A stretch of DNA of 64,000 nt from an uncultured Nitrososphaerota archaeon (GTDB lineage: Archaea; Thermoproteota; Nitrososphaeria; Nitrososphaerales; CADDZS01). Below are positions 1 to 8,125 of this stretch, piece by piece (positions within the stretch are counted from its first letter, which is position 1; every line of letters begins with the position of its first letter). Position numbers and translations under genes: made by a program. The notes beneath the pieces are model-generated. The model saw only the letters and a list, made by a program, of their open reading frames with translations, was not told the origin of the DNA and ran no database searches. Location of the stretch: assembly GCA_963799845.1 (NCBI GenBank), contig CAWCYI010000007.1:32001-96000 (forward strand). The letters run 5' to 3'.

Positions 1-581
1 TCAGATTTCAGGAGCGGACGCAAGGATTCGATCATGACCTTCACAACACCATCCACGCTGAGTTGTGTGGTATCTATCATTTTGTGTTTCATGTTGTACC
101 TGATAAGGAAGTCTTCCATCTTATCCTTGGACTCTTTGTAACGAGTTGTCTTCGGAACGTCAGGGTCAACTGGGTCTCTTTTATGAAGCCTCTTCACCCC
201 TGCCTCCTGAGTGGCCCATAAGAGAAATGTGTAGTCCGGTTTGCCGATCAAGCCGATCAAACATTGAAAAATGGGCTCGGTCTTTTTTCCGCCGCACCAG
301 AAATAGTTTGATAGCAGATGTCTGTCAGTGATAATGTTCTCTCCCTCAAATTTGTGGTACAGATATATGTTACCTAGTCCGTAAAACCACGCTCTTAGGA
401 CGTCGTCGTCCTCCTGTTTATTGATGTAGTCTCTGATCCGGATGTAATTAGTGAAACGCTTGTCGGAATCGAAGATGTAATGTAGGGGCTTCTCGACGAA
501 TTTGAAGTGTAATTTATCGGCCAGTTTCTTCCCCGCAGTGGTTTTCCCAACGCCATCCATTCCCTCTATTGCGATGTGCAT
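1..581 (-). CDS. Thymidylate-kinase-like (deoxy)nucleotide kinase, 3' end runs off window
   Basis: Not in ORF track because there is no stop in the window. Hand translation from ATG 581: MHIAIEGMDGVGKTTAGKKLAD...VEKP...IITDRHLLSNY...KPDYTFLL. P-loop and DR(H) motifs of the dTMP kinase family. AGGAG RBS upstream, directly after nrdD. Confidence 0.8.
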   Translation of the reverse strand, partial: MHIAIEGMDGVGKTTAGKKLADKLHFKFVEKPLHYIFDSDKRFTNYIRIRDYINKQEDDDVLRAWFYGLGNIYLYHKFEGENIITDRHLLSNYFWCGGKKTEPIFQCLIGLIGKPDYTFLLWATQEAGVKRLHKRDPVDPDVPKTTRYKESKDKMEDFLIRYNMKHKMIDTTQLSVDGVVKVMIESLRPLLKS

Positions 582-606
582 GATATCTCTCCTACTAGTC
601 AGGGAG

Positions 607-2313
607 TCAACTCGGATTCGGCCGCCTACGCGAGACTTCCGCTTTCTTACCTGCGGTAAAGAAATTAAGGTCTTCCAGGTAACCCGAAACTCTTCTCACC
701 CGATAAATGTCATAGCTCCCGCATTTAGGGCAATCGTCAAATGTCCCAGTAATGTTACATTTCAAGCAGGTGTCCAATGGAAAATTTATCCCGAGATAGC
801 TGACTCCATACCTTTCAGCTGCCTCAATGATCTCAGTAACTGCCTCGGTGTTTTTCAGCAAGGCGGACGCGAATTCCACATATGAGATGCACCCCCCATT
901 GCAGAGCTCATGGAAGGGTCCTTCAAACCGTAGCTTCTCTATCGGATGTAAGCCCGAATCGACCCTGATGTGAAACGAATTCGTGTAGAATCCCTTTTTC
1001 GACACATCATTACCGTAGATCTCATAATCGATAGAAGGAAACCTTCCCGATACAAATTCGGCTGAAGTAGCCAATAGGGAGAAGTTCAAGTTGCAATCCC
1101 TCCGATACCCGTCAACCACATGCCTCATGTGCCTAACAATGTCTAGAGCAATCGCATTGTTCTCCTCGGAAACGTAGAACTCGTTTCCTGTTAGGAGTTT
1201 CACCGCCTCTGACAACCCTATGAATCCGATGGCAAGAGTCCCATTCCTAAAGATCTCTTCCAATGAACTCTCTGACGTGAAGAACTTTGTCCAGAGATTG
1301 AGACTGAGATTGTACGGGAAATCGTTGACATCCAGCTTTAGCAACTTATAGTATCTATCAAGAAGAAGATCCCTCACGATATTCGCGATCTTTTGCCATT
1401 CCTCCTTGAACGTGCAGACCTTTTCGGCTGCATCCTTCCCTTGGGAGGACCTGTCAATCTCGAGAGCGATTCTCGGTAGGTTGATAGTAGTAAAGGCGAT
1501 GTTGCCGCGGCCAATGCACGTGTCCTCTCCGAACAGGTTCTGAATAACTCTTGTCCGACAACCCATAATTGCCAGTTTGTGAGGGTCTACGTCTGCATTG
1601 GTCTTGGAGTCGCAGAGCAGGTAGGTAGGTATCATCTTCCTACAAGTAGATTCTACGGAAAGGCAGAACAGGTCGAAGTTTGGGTCATCGGATAAGGAGT
1701 TGACCCCTCTTTTTACCTTGAAGATAATGTTCGGCTTTATGCATTCCATGGACGAGTCCTTGAAATGGCTCAATACCGAAAAAGTCACGAATCTCGCAAC
1801 CTCCCCAGTTCCGAGGCCCAAGTTAAGCGAAACGTAGTAACTGGTCTGCCCGCCTCTTTCCCTCGTCCCATTTATCCAGTCTATGAACGATACTATGGAT
1901 TCACTCAGAATCTGAAGGTTCGATTTACTGTTTGAAAGGCCCAGCTGATAGAACAGGGTCTCTATTTCTGCATCGAAGTTCGCAAAACCCATTCCACCTG
2001 ACTGTTCAATCGCGAGTTTTCCAATAACATCTTTGTAGTGGTCAAAGATTCCGAATATTTTGCTTGGCTCTGACACCTCCTCGAGCCTTTGGAAAGGGAA
2101 TCCTTTCACTATGTTAAGCATGAGGCAATTGTAGGTTTGCCCGTAAGCTTCAAGATTGTGGATGTGTATTTTCCCTTCGTCATGCAACCTTGAGAACCTT
2201 GGATCCAAGCTATCCAGGATCTCTCGCTTCCTGAGCTTGATGCCTGTCTCAAATATTGTCCCCATGTAGGATTTGCGCTGAGACGCGTTGTCAAATTGTA
2301 ATCCTTCAGGCAT
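607..2313 (-). CDS. nrdD: Class III anaerobic ribonucleoside-triphosphate reductase, no N-terminal ATP cone
   Basis: YNC, MGCRT, GRGN...TINLPR, SAE, YTNSFH, C-terminal CxxC..CxxC Zn site and RVSGYL glycyl-radical loop. Confidence 0.96.
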   Translation of the reverse strand: MPEGLQFDNASQRKSYMGTIFETGIKLRKREILDSLDPRFSRLHDEGKIHIHNLEAYGQTYNCLMLNIVKGFPFQRLEEVSEPSKIFGIFDHYKDVIGKLAIEQSGGMGFANFDAEIETLFYQLGLSNSKSNLQILSESIVSFIDWINGTRERGGQTSYYVSLNLGLGTGEVARFVTFSVLSHFKDSSMECIKPNIIFKVKRGVNSLSDDPNFDLFCLSVESTCRKMIPTYLLCDSKTNADVDPHKLAIMGCRTRVIQNLFGEDTCIGRGNIAFTTINLPRIALEIDRSSQGKDAAEKVCTFKEEWQKIANIVRDLLLDRYYKLLKLDVNDFPYNLSLNLWTKFFTSESSLEEIFRNGTLAIGFIGLSEAVKLLTGNEFYVSEENNAIALDIVRHMRHVVDGYRRDCNLNFSLLATSAEFVSGRFPSIDYEIYGNDVSKKGFYTNSFHIRVDSGLHPIEKLRFEGPFHELCNGGCISYVEFASALLKNTEAVTEIIEAAERYGVSYLGINFPLDTCLKCNITGTFDDCPKCGSYDIYRVRRVSGYLEDLNFFTAGKKAEVSRRRPNPS

Positions 2314-2752
2314 GCGCTTCCCTCAAGTCAATGAACTTTTGGTTGGACGAGCCGACATATGGAATGGTGGTGGAGCGTCTTTCTTGAATGTATCTTCCCA
2401 CCTTTATGTACCTCAACTGCCTCAGTATTTCCTTTGGCACGTTCTCAATCTCGAAACCCGTGTAGAGGGCAATGTCAAAGTCTGAAAGACCTCGCGTTAG
2501 TTCGAGTACAGCTTGATATTGGAGTAGCGGTTCTCCACCCGATATTGTTAGTTTCTTATTGAGCGCCTTGGTACGCAGCTCTTTAATCAGGTCCCCTATG
2601 TCAACGACCTTCCCCTTCTGGATGTCCCACGTGGAACAATTATGGCACCCGCGACATCTTAACTCACAGCCCTGAACAAAGAGCACTGATCTTATTCCTG
2701 GACCATCCACTACTGAGCCATTGTAGTCGATTGAGTTAAGCATGATCTTCAT
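2306..2752 (-). CDS. nrdG: Class III RNR activating radical-SAM enzyme
   Basis: VDGPGIR, CELRCRGC (CxxxCxxC), SGGEPL, GSSNQ. ATG 2752 follows a GGGGAG RBS; 8-nt overlap with nrdD. Confidence 0.95.
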   Translation of the reverse strand: MKIMLNSIDYNGSVVDGPGIRSVLFVQGCELRCRGCHNCSTWDIQKGKVVDIGDLIKELRTKALNKKLTISGGEPLLQYQAVLELTRGLSDFDIALYTGFEIENVPKEILRQLRYIKVGRYIQERRSTTIPYVGSSNQKFIDLREAHA

Positions 2753-2990
2753 CAGGATTGTATCTCCCCTAAACCGCAACTATTGCCATATAGTCTCAGC
2801 CTAAATATTCTGCCGCATTGAGCAGAAATAAACAGGAGGGACGATTTTCAATCCTGATAATGGAATTGGTTGTGATCGAAGTTACTGGAGATCTCACTGC
2901 CTCACTTATAAATCGGATATGTTGACGGTCGTAACACCGCATCGCATGGAGGCGAGCCCGCTATCCGGCTTTTCCTGTTCTCTCAATCCA

Positions 2991-3204
2991 TCAGCTGCTC
3001 GTTATGTCTGCCTGTTTTTCATAGTCCTTCTGCAGTCCGGGTGAAAGCATGACAAATCCCAGACCGACAGCGAGCGTGAACGCACTGACCACGATCCACG
3101 CGAGGCTGGGACGAAAGAAGAAGAAACTATTCGGAACAATAGTAATACTCTTCCATTAGGCTGAGGGACTTTGCAGGTTGGAGCTCCGTATCTTTGTTCG
3201 TCAT
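2991..3204 (-). pseudogene. Possible relic of a membrane-protein gene
   Basis: ATG 3204 opens a 25-codon frame. Another frame gives a TM-like segment PSLAWIVVSAFTLAVGLGFVML followed by a hydrophilic tail. Confidence 0.3.
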
Positions 3205-3738
3205 TTCTTAGTGTGCCTCACAAACTAGCTAATATCCTAAACCCCAACCTTCCTAGCGATTGGAGACGACAGTAGATATCGGGTGACTCCAACCCAGGTT
3301 CTAAATTAGGGCTGCAATTTGAAAGGTATAGCTTCGAGAGTAAAAGGGGATTTACACTAATTGGTGCAATTCTCGGCCGGGTTGGAGGTAACAAAAAGAA
3401 CCCAATCAGGGCTGAATCCCATCCCATCCTCATAAATGAAGACAAATATTTTCAGATAAAATGCCGAGAGAACTCTGATCGAAGTTTTCTTTTCAATATG
3501 AAATTTGTCATTTTTTTATAAAGCAGACCCTGGTGGTCTTTGTGGAATTCCGCTACTCGACATTGTTCTTGAAAACTTGTTATGCTGAAAGACCCGCGCT
3601 CGCTATTTTCTAGCGAGAAGAATATTATTTGGTTGATATTGGGTTGATATTGATAAAAGAACCTCTTGTAGGAGATTTGTTCGAGGCATTTGCAATATTA
3701 TCGCTTGGGATTGAATTTATTTGCATCGTTGTTGCACT

Positions 3739-4854
3739 CTAGTGTTTCAAGTAATAATCAGCTACTACTCTGAACGACTCTTTCGGTTCCCAATTCATGT
3801 CGGGATAAGTTACACCATGCCTTCCTTTGGAATACGTCTTGACCAGACTCATGCTAGCCATGTCAAGATCATACCTTGGATTCTCATCATAGGGATGGAT
3901 CTGGGAAACGAAGACAGAGACAAAAGCACCATAAACACCCGCCTTGTCGAGGACACTCAGTTGGTCTACGAGTTCACGAGCCTGCAATCCTTCGTCTCTG
4001 ATGTGATTTCCATCTTTCAATTTGGGTCGAATGAACTTGCCGAACAAGGGCAACAGATAATGGAGAGCTTGGGACTTGTTGTCTATGATATTTCCCCCCA
4101 GACCAGCTCCATTGATTTCGGCTCCTTGGTAAGTTGGCATTCCAAACTCCGTAACTACAACTGGCTTTCCGATCTCAAATGCCGGCTTTAGCATCTCTGC
4201 GTATTGATCTTTGATCCTTTCAGCACGATAGTGGTCTACGCCGACATAATCGAAGAGATTCCAATCCACAGATTCCCACAAAAGAGAAGCGTAGGTTATT
4301 TTTCCATGAAAAACTTCTTTCACTGAAGCGACAGTTTTTTGGAGGTATGCGCGAAGTATTTTGTTGTGCTCGCCATTTCGGATACGTGAAATTGCTTCAA
4401 CAGAGTTCGTTTGCCCTGTAGAATTTTCCTGCTGCTTGTATTTTGTCATTAGTTTCGTCATTCTTTCCACTACGTTTTTGCCCTCAACTATGCCATTCAT
4501 GAAAAGCGTGAGTTCGCCTCCAACGACTAACACAAGGCTTTCTGGATATTCTCGCCGTAATTTTTCGGCTGATTCAGCGACCCTTTGGGTGTATGCCTGT
4601 GTTTGATCTTGTTTCTTATTCCACATCGTTGGACAAAGCCATACTTCAAGACCTTTCTTTAGAGCAATTTCAGTGGCAACAACGAGCCTTTTGATATCGA
4701 GACCAGTGATTCTTATCGCGTTGCAATGCAGATCATTTTTGATTATCTCGATTTCACGGCTTACAGTCTTGGGATCAAAGTCAGGTCGCCAGTTGAAATA
4801 CATCACGCTTCCTGCGTCGTAGTTGACTCCCTTTAGTTTCATCTTTCCCACCAT
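3739..4854 (-). CDS. TIM-barrel glycoside-hydrolase-superfamily protein (family often labelled abortive infection protein)
   Basis: KGVNYD N-terminal motif, LHCNAIRI, GGELT (acid/base position), DYVGVDHY, PVVVTEFG (nucleophile position), WEPKE; no signal peptide. Confidence 0.6.
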   Translation of the reverse strand: MVGKMKLKGVNYDAGSVMYFNWRPDFDPKTVSREIEIIKNDLHCNAIRITGLDIKRLVVATEIALKKGLEVWLCPTMWNKKQDQTQAYTQRVAESAEKLRREYPESLVLVVGGELTLFMNGIVEGKNVVERMTKLMTKYKQQENSTGQTNSVEAISRIRNGEHNKILRAYLQKTVASVKEVFHGKITYASLLWESVDWNLFDYVGVDHYRAERIKDQYAEMLKPAFEIGKPVVVTEFGMPTYQGAEINGAGLGGNIIDNKSQALHYLLPLFGKFIRPKLKDGNHIRDEGLQARELVDQLSVLDKAGVYGAFVSVFVSQIHPYDENPRYDLDMASMSLVKTYSKGRHGVTYPDMNWEPKESFRVVADYYLKH

Positions 4855-4855
4855 T

Positions 4856-5435
4856 CTATCTTCTCCAAGGCTTCAACATCCGGAATATGATCTCCGAATC
4901 AGGATAGCTCTCGCTTCAGCTTCCCTGGATCGGAGTACGCCATTCTTTTCCAGAGTCCTTCAATGCAAGCCATGACTGCTTCTAGCAATTGGTCTGGATT
5001 ATCCTTTGCAATCTCTCCAGTTTTCTGCCCCTCGACTATCAGCCGCCGCATTTCGTTTAGAAAGATCTTACTATGCCTTGTCATCCTTTCTTTAAGCTCA
5101 GCAGGTAGCGAATCATCAGCTAGTATCTGATAGAGAAATTGGTAGTATCCTGACTTCTCTCTTCTTCGTTCTATTAGTCTAGTTACAACAGTATGGAGTT
5201 TCTCTGCGGGAGTTCCAGGCAGTTTTTTCATTATCTTATCATATTCTTCTGCAGATTGTAGTGAGTGTTTCAGCAGGGTTTTGAAAATCTCATCCTTACT
5301 TTCGAAGTACCTGTAGGCAAGCCCTTGGCTGATTCCAGCTTCTAAAGCAATGTCCGCCATGGTAGCCGAACTACCTTTTCGCCCGAATACCTTCTCGGCG
5401 GATTTCAGAATATTCTGGGATTGATCTATTCCCAA
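4856..5435 (-). CDS. TetR/AcrR family regulator (5' end possibly clipped; 1-nt frameshift near 4917)
   Basis: HTH ATMADIALEAGISQGLAYRYF. Removing C4917 restores the C-terminus SESYPDSEIIFRMLKPWRR*, ending 1 nt before the next ATG. Confidence 0.85.
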
Positions 5436-5445
5436 TGCGTGCGCG

Positions 5446-5847
5446 CTCAGTGAAAGATTGGAACAAACACTCTTCGACCGTCATGCCAAACTTTTTTCCA
5501 GAAGATAACTCAAAAGCTACTTTTCTTTTGAACTCCTCCTCGGTTGCTTTTGAAAAATAATCGAGAGTCTTTTTTTCAACTTCGGAGAGATGTTCGAGAA
5601 TCATGCTCATGTTAGTGTAATCGTCTGAGCTTCGCCTAGAATATTTTTTCGACTTTTCAAAGATTGCATAGTTTACGATCCAATCTTCATTGTCTATCAT
5701 GTGTAGGAGAACGTTTTTCATTGAGTAGAAACTTGCTTCTCTATTCTTCGCGGCTTCCTCCCAGGAAAGATCCGACATCTTATTAGCAAAGCGTCTTCGT
5801 ACGGTACGTGAATATTCGTAAAGGTCTCTTATGTTCAAAGGACTCAT
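5446..5847 (-). pseudogene. DinB/YfiT-family protein truncated at the 3' end and joined to the TetR gene
   Basis: SMKNVLLHMIDNEDWI motif. Sequence stops looking family-like after EECLFQSFTE, where the His-containing last helix is expected. Confidence 0.6.
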
Positions 5848-6179
5848 CCAAACACTCACAATCGGCGCATAAAAAGAATAAAATCAATATCAGAATCCAA
5901 GGGAAATCAAAGTCCAAGCTACTTCATCTGAGTTGAAATGGATACTACGCCACTTTCTCCGAAAACTAGTTTACATTTTTGACAATTATTTCTGAACCCA
6001 TCCCTAAGCAGAAGGCACGAATGGAAGGAACATCCTATTAGATTGTCATGAAATGAATGCTATATCTTTCAATATGTGCCCTAAGTTCAACTTCAACAGA
6101 GGTAAATTGTTCTATTGCACTACTCTTTGTCGACTAGCTTTTAATCAAAAACTGGAAAAGAGCCTGCGGTGGAAGTCTC

Positions 6180-8009
6180 ATAGAGTTTGAGAAAAAGAGT
6201 GAGCGTCGTCGTGTAGAGCGCTTTCTCAATCGCAGTTATCTTGGAAAATGGGCCTTCATCGGTACGCTTATCGGACTCGTAGCGGGTTTTGGTGCTACAG
6301 TATTTTTCTTTGCAATCCAATTTGTTTCCAACACTATGCTAGGTGGGATAACTGGGTTTTATCCTCCCAACCCCGCGGGAGAAGCCCCGGCTCCGATTTC
6401 AGTTAATCCGCATTTCTTGTTAATTCCAATTTCGACGGCTATCGGTGGATTGATCGCGGGGCTACTAGTTTTTGGTTTGGCACCCGAAGCGGAAGGGCAT
6501 GGAACAGATGCTGCAATTGACGCATATCACAACAAGAGCGGTGCGATTAGGCAGAGGGTTCCGATCATAAAGACGATTGCGTCAGCGTTTACGATAGGCA
6601 GTGGTGGAAGTGCGGGAAGAGAGGGCCCTACTGCGCAGATTGCGGCGGGCTTTGGCTCGATGATCGGAGAGATTTTTGGATTATCTGCTAAGGACAGAAG
6701 AATCGCCCTTGCTGCAGGAATCGGGGCAGGCATCGGCTCGATTTTCAAATCTCCGTTTGGCGGAGCAATTCTCAGTGCGGAGATTCTGTACAGCGGCGGC
6801 GACATCGAGGCGGAAACTTTGATTCCAGCTTTCATCGCAACCCCAATAGGGTACGTCATTTTTGGGTCATTCACCGGATTCACTCCGATATTCGGGACTG
6901 GAATTACATACAATTTTACTCATCCTTTCAACCTAATTTTCTACGCGATTCTCGGTGTGCTTTGTGCAGGAGTGGGAAGGTTCTACACTTTGACCTTCTA
7001 CACGGTGAAAAATTTTTTCGACGTGTCGAAGATTCCGAAGTACGTAAGACCGATGATCGGTGCAGCAATTTGCGGAATAATTGGAATTTTGTTTCCAGAG
7101 GTAATCGGGTTAGGTTACGGATTTTTGCAATTTGCTATTAACGGGAATTTTAATTCGATTACAACTAACTACATTACATTGCCCATTATCGTTGTTTTGG
7201 TGCTCGTCGTATTCTTGAAAATTTTTGCTACTTCTTTCACGGTGGGTTCTGGAGGAAGTGGAGGAGTGTTCGCTCCCTCTCTCGCAATTGGGGGATTCCT
7301 AGGCGCAGCTATGTGGATGGTTGTTCAGAATTTCTTTCCGAATCTTATTCCAATCCCAGCTCCTCTTGTCATCGTCGGAATGATGGCTCTCTTTGCAGGA
7401 GTAGGCCGAGTTCCCATCGCCGTAATTCTAATGGTCAGCGAAATGACAGGCAACCTATCGTTGCTGGCTCCTTCGATGATTGCAGTTGTGACCTCATACT
7501 ATTTGACTGGCTCAAAATACACCATTTATCACAGCCAGGTCGAGACGAGGGCGGACTCACCCGCGCACATGGGAGAGTACAATGTTCCGCTGATGACCAG
7601 GATATTTGTTTCCGAGGCTATGAACAAGGATGTACAGAGTCTGAACGAAGATGATTCTGTTCAAAGAGCTAATCAGCTGATTCTTGAAAAAGGCTTCAAG
7701 GGAATTCCTATTGTATCCAAAGAAGGGAAAGTTACGGGCATGGTCACGCTGAAAGATGTGGAACGTATCCCAAGAGAAAAATCTGCTTCAACAAAACTTA
7801 CAGAAATAATGACTCAAAACGTCATATCGGTCGGACAGAACGAAACACTCCTTGATGCCATGAGGAAAATGACGATAAATGAAGTGGGTCAGCTTCCAGT
7901 TGTCGACAAATCGACTGGAGCACTTTTAGGAATAATAAGCCGGACCGATCTTTTGCGAGCTTACGATAAAAGAATCTCTGTCGATGATGAATCGACTGCT
8001 CGTAAATGA
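6180..8009 (+). CDS. ClC chloride channel/antiporter with C-terminal CBS pair
   Basis: GHGTD, GSAGREGP, GVFAP motifs and two CBS domains. Frame is open upstream of ATG 6336 and encodes the first TM helix (YLGKWAFIGTLIGLVAG); true start uncertain. Confidence 0.93.
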   Translation: MEFEKKSERRRVERFLNRSYLGKWAFIGTLIGLVAGFGATVFFFAIQFVSNTMLGGITGFYPPNPAGEAPAPISVNPHFLLIPISTAIGGLIAGLLVFGLAPEAEGHGTDAAIDAYHNKSGAIRQRVPIIKTIASAFTIGSGGSAGREGPTAQIAAGFGSMIGEIFGLSAKDRRIALAAGIGAGIGSIFKSPFGGAILSAEILYSGGDIEAETLIPAFIATPIGYVIFGSFTGFTPIFGTGITYNFTHPFNLIFYAILGVLCAGVGRFYTLTFYTVKNFFDVSKIPKYVRPMIGAAICGIIGILFPEVIGLGYGFLQFAINGNFNSITTNYITLPIIVVLVLVVFLKIFATSFTVGSGGSGGVFAPSLAIGGFLGAAMWMVVQNFFPNLIPIPAPLVIVGMMALFAGVGRVPIAVILMVSEMTGNLSLLAPSMIAVVTSYYLTGSKYTIYHSQVETRADSPAHMGEYNVPLMTRIFVSEAMNKDVQSLNEDDSVQRANQLILEKGFKGIPIVSKEGKVTGMVTLKDVERIPREKSASTKLTEIMTQNVISVGQNETLLDAMRKMTINEVGQLPVVDKSTGALLGIISRTDLLRAYDKRISVDDESTARK

Positions 8010-8125
8010 GATCAAAATGGCAACATGCTGGAGGGCTGATGTCAACTTGCGAACCTTATGATTCTGTCCGAGCTCGGGGATATGGTTTTGAATAATAGGA
8101 ACTAGCAGGTCGTACGGAAGCCAAC

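Noticed and set aside
146-885. Plus-strand ORFs 146-331 and 502-885, and the many similar antisense ORFs across the track
   Set aside because: Shadows of well-supported genes on the opposite strand, with no motifs of their own
3218-3445. 75-aa minus-strand ORF
   Set aside because: No recognisable motif, start context or family
3631-3652. Tandem GGTTGATATTG x2
   Set aside because: Only two short copies in AT-rich DNA; no spacers, not CRISPR-like
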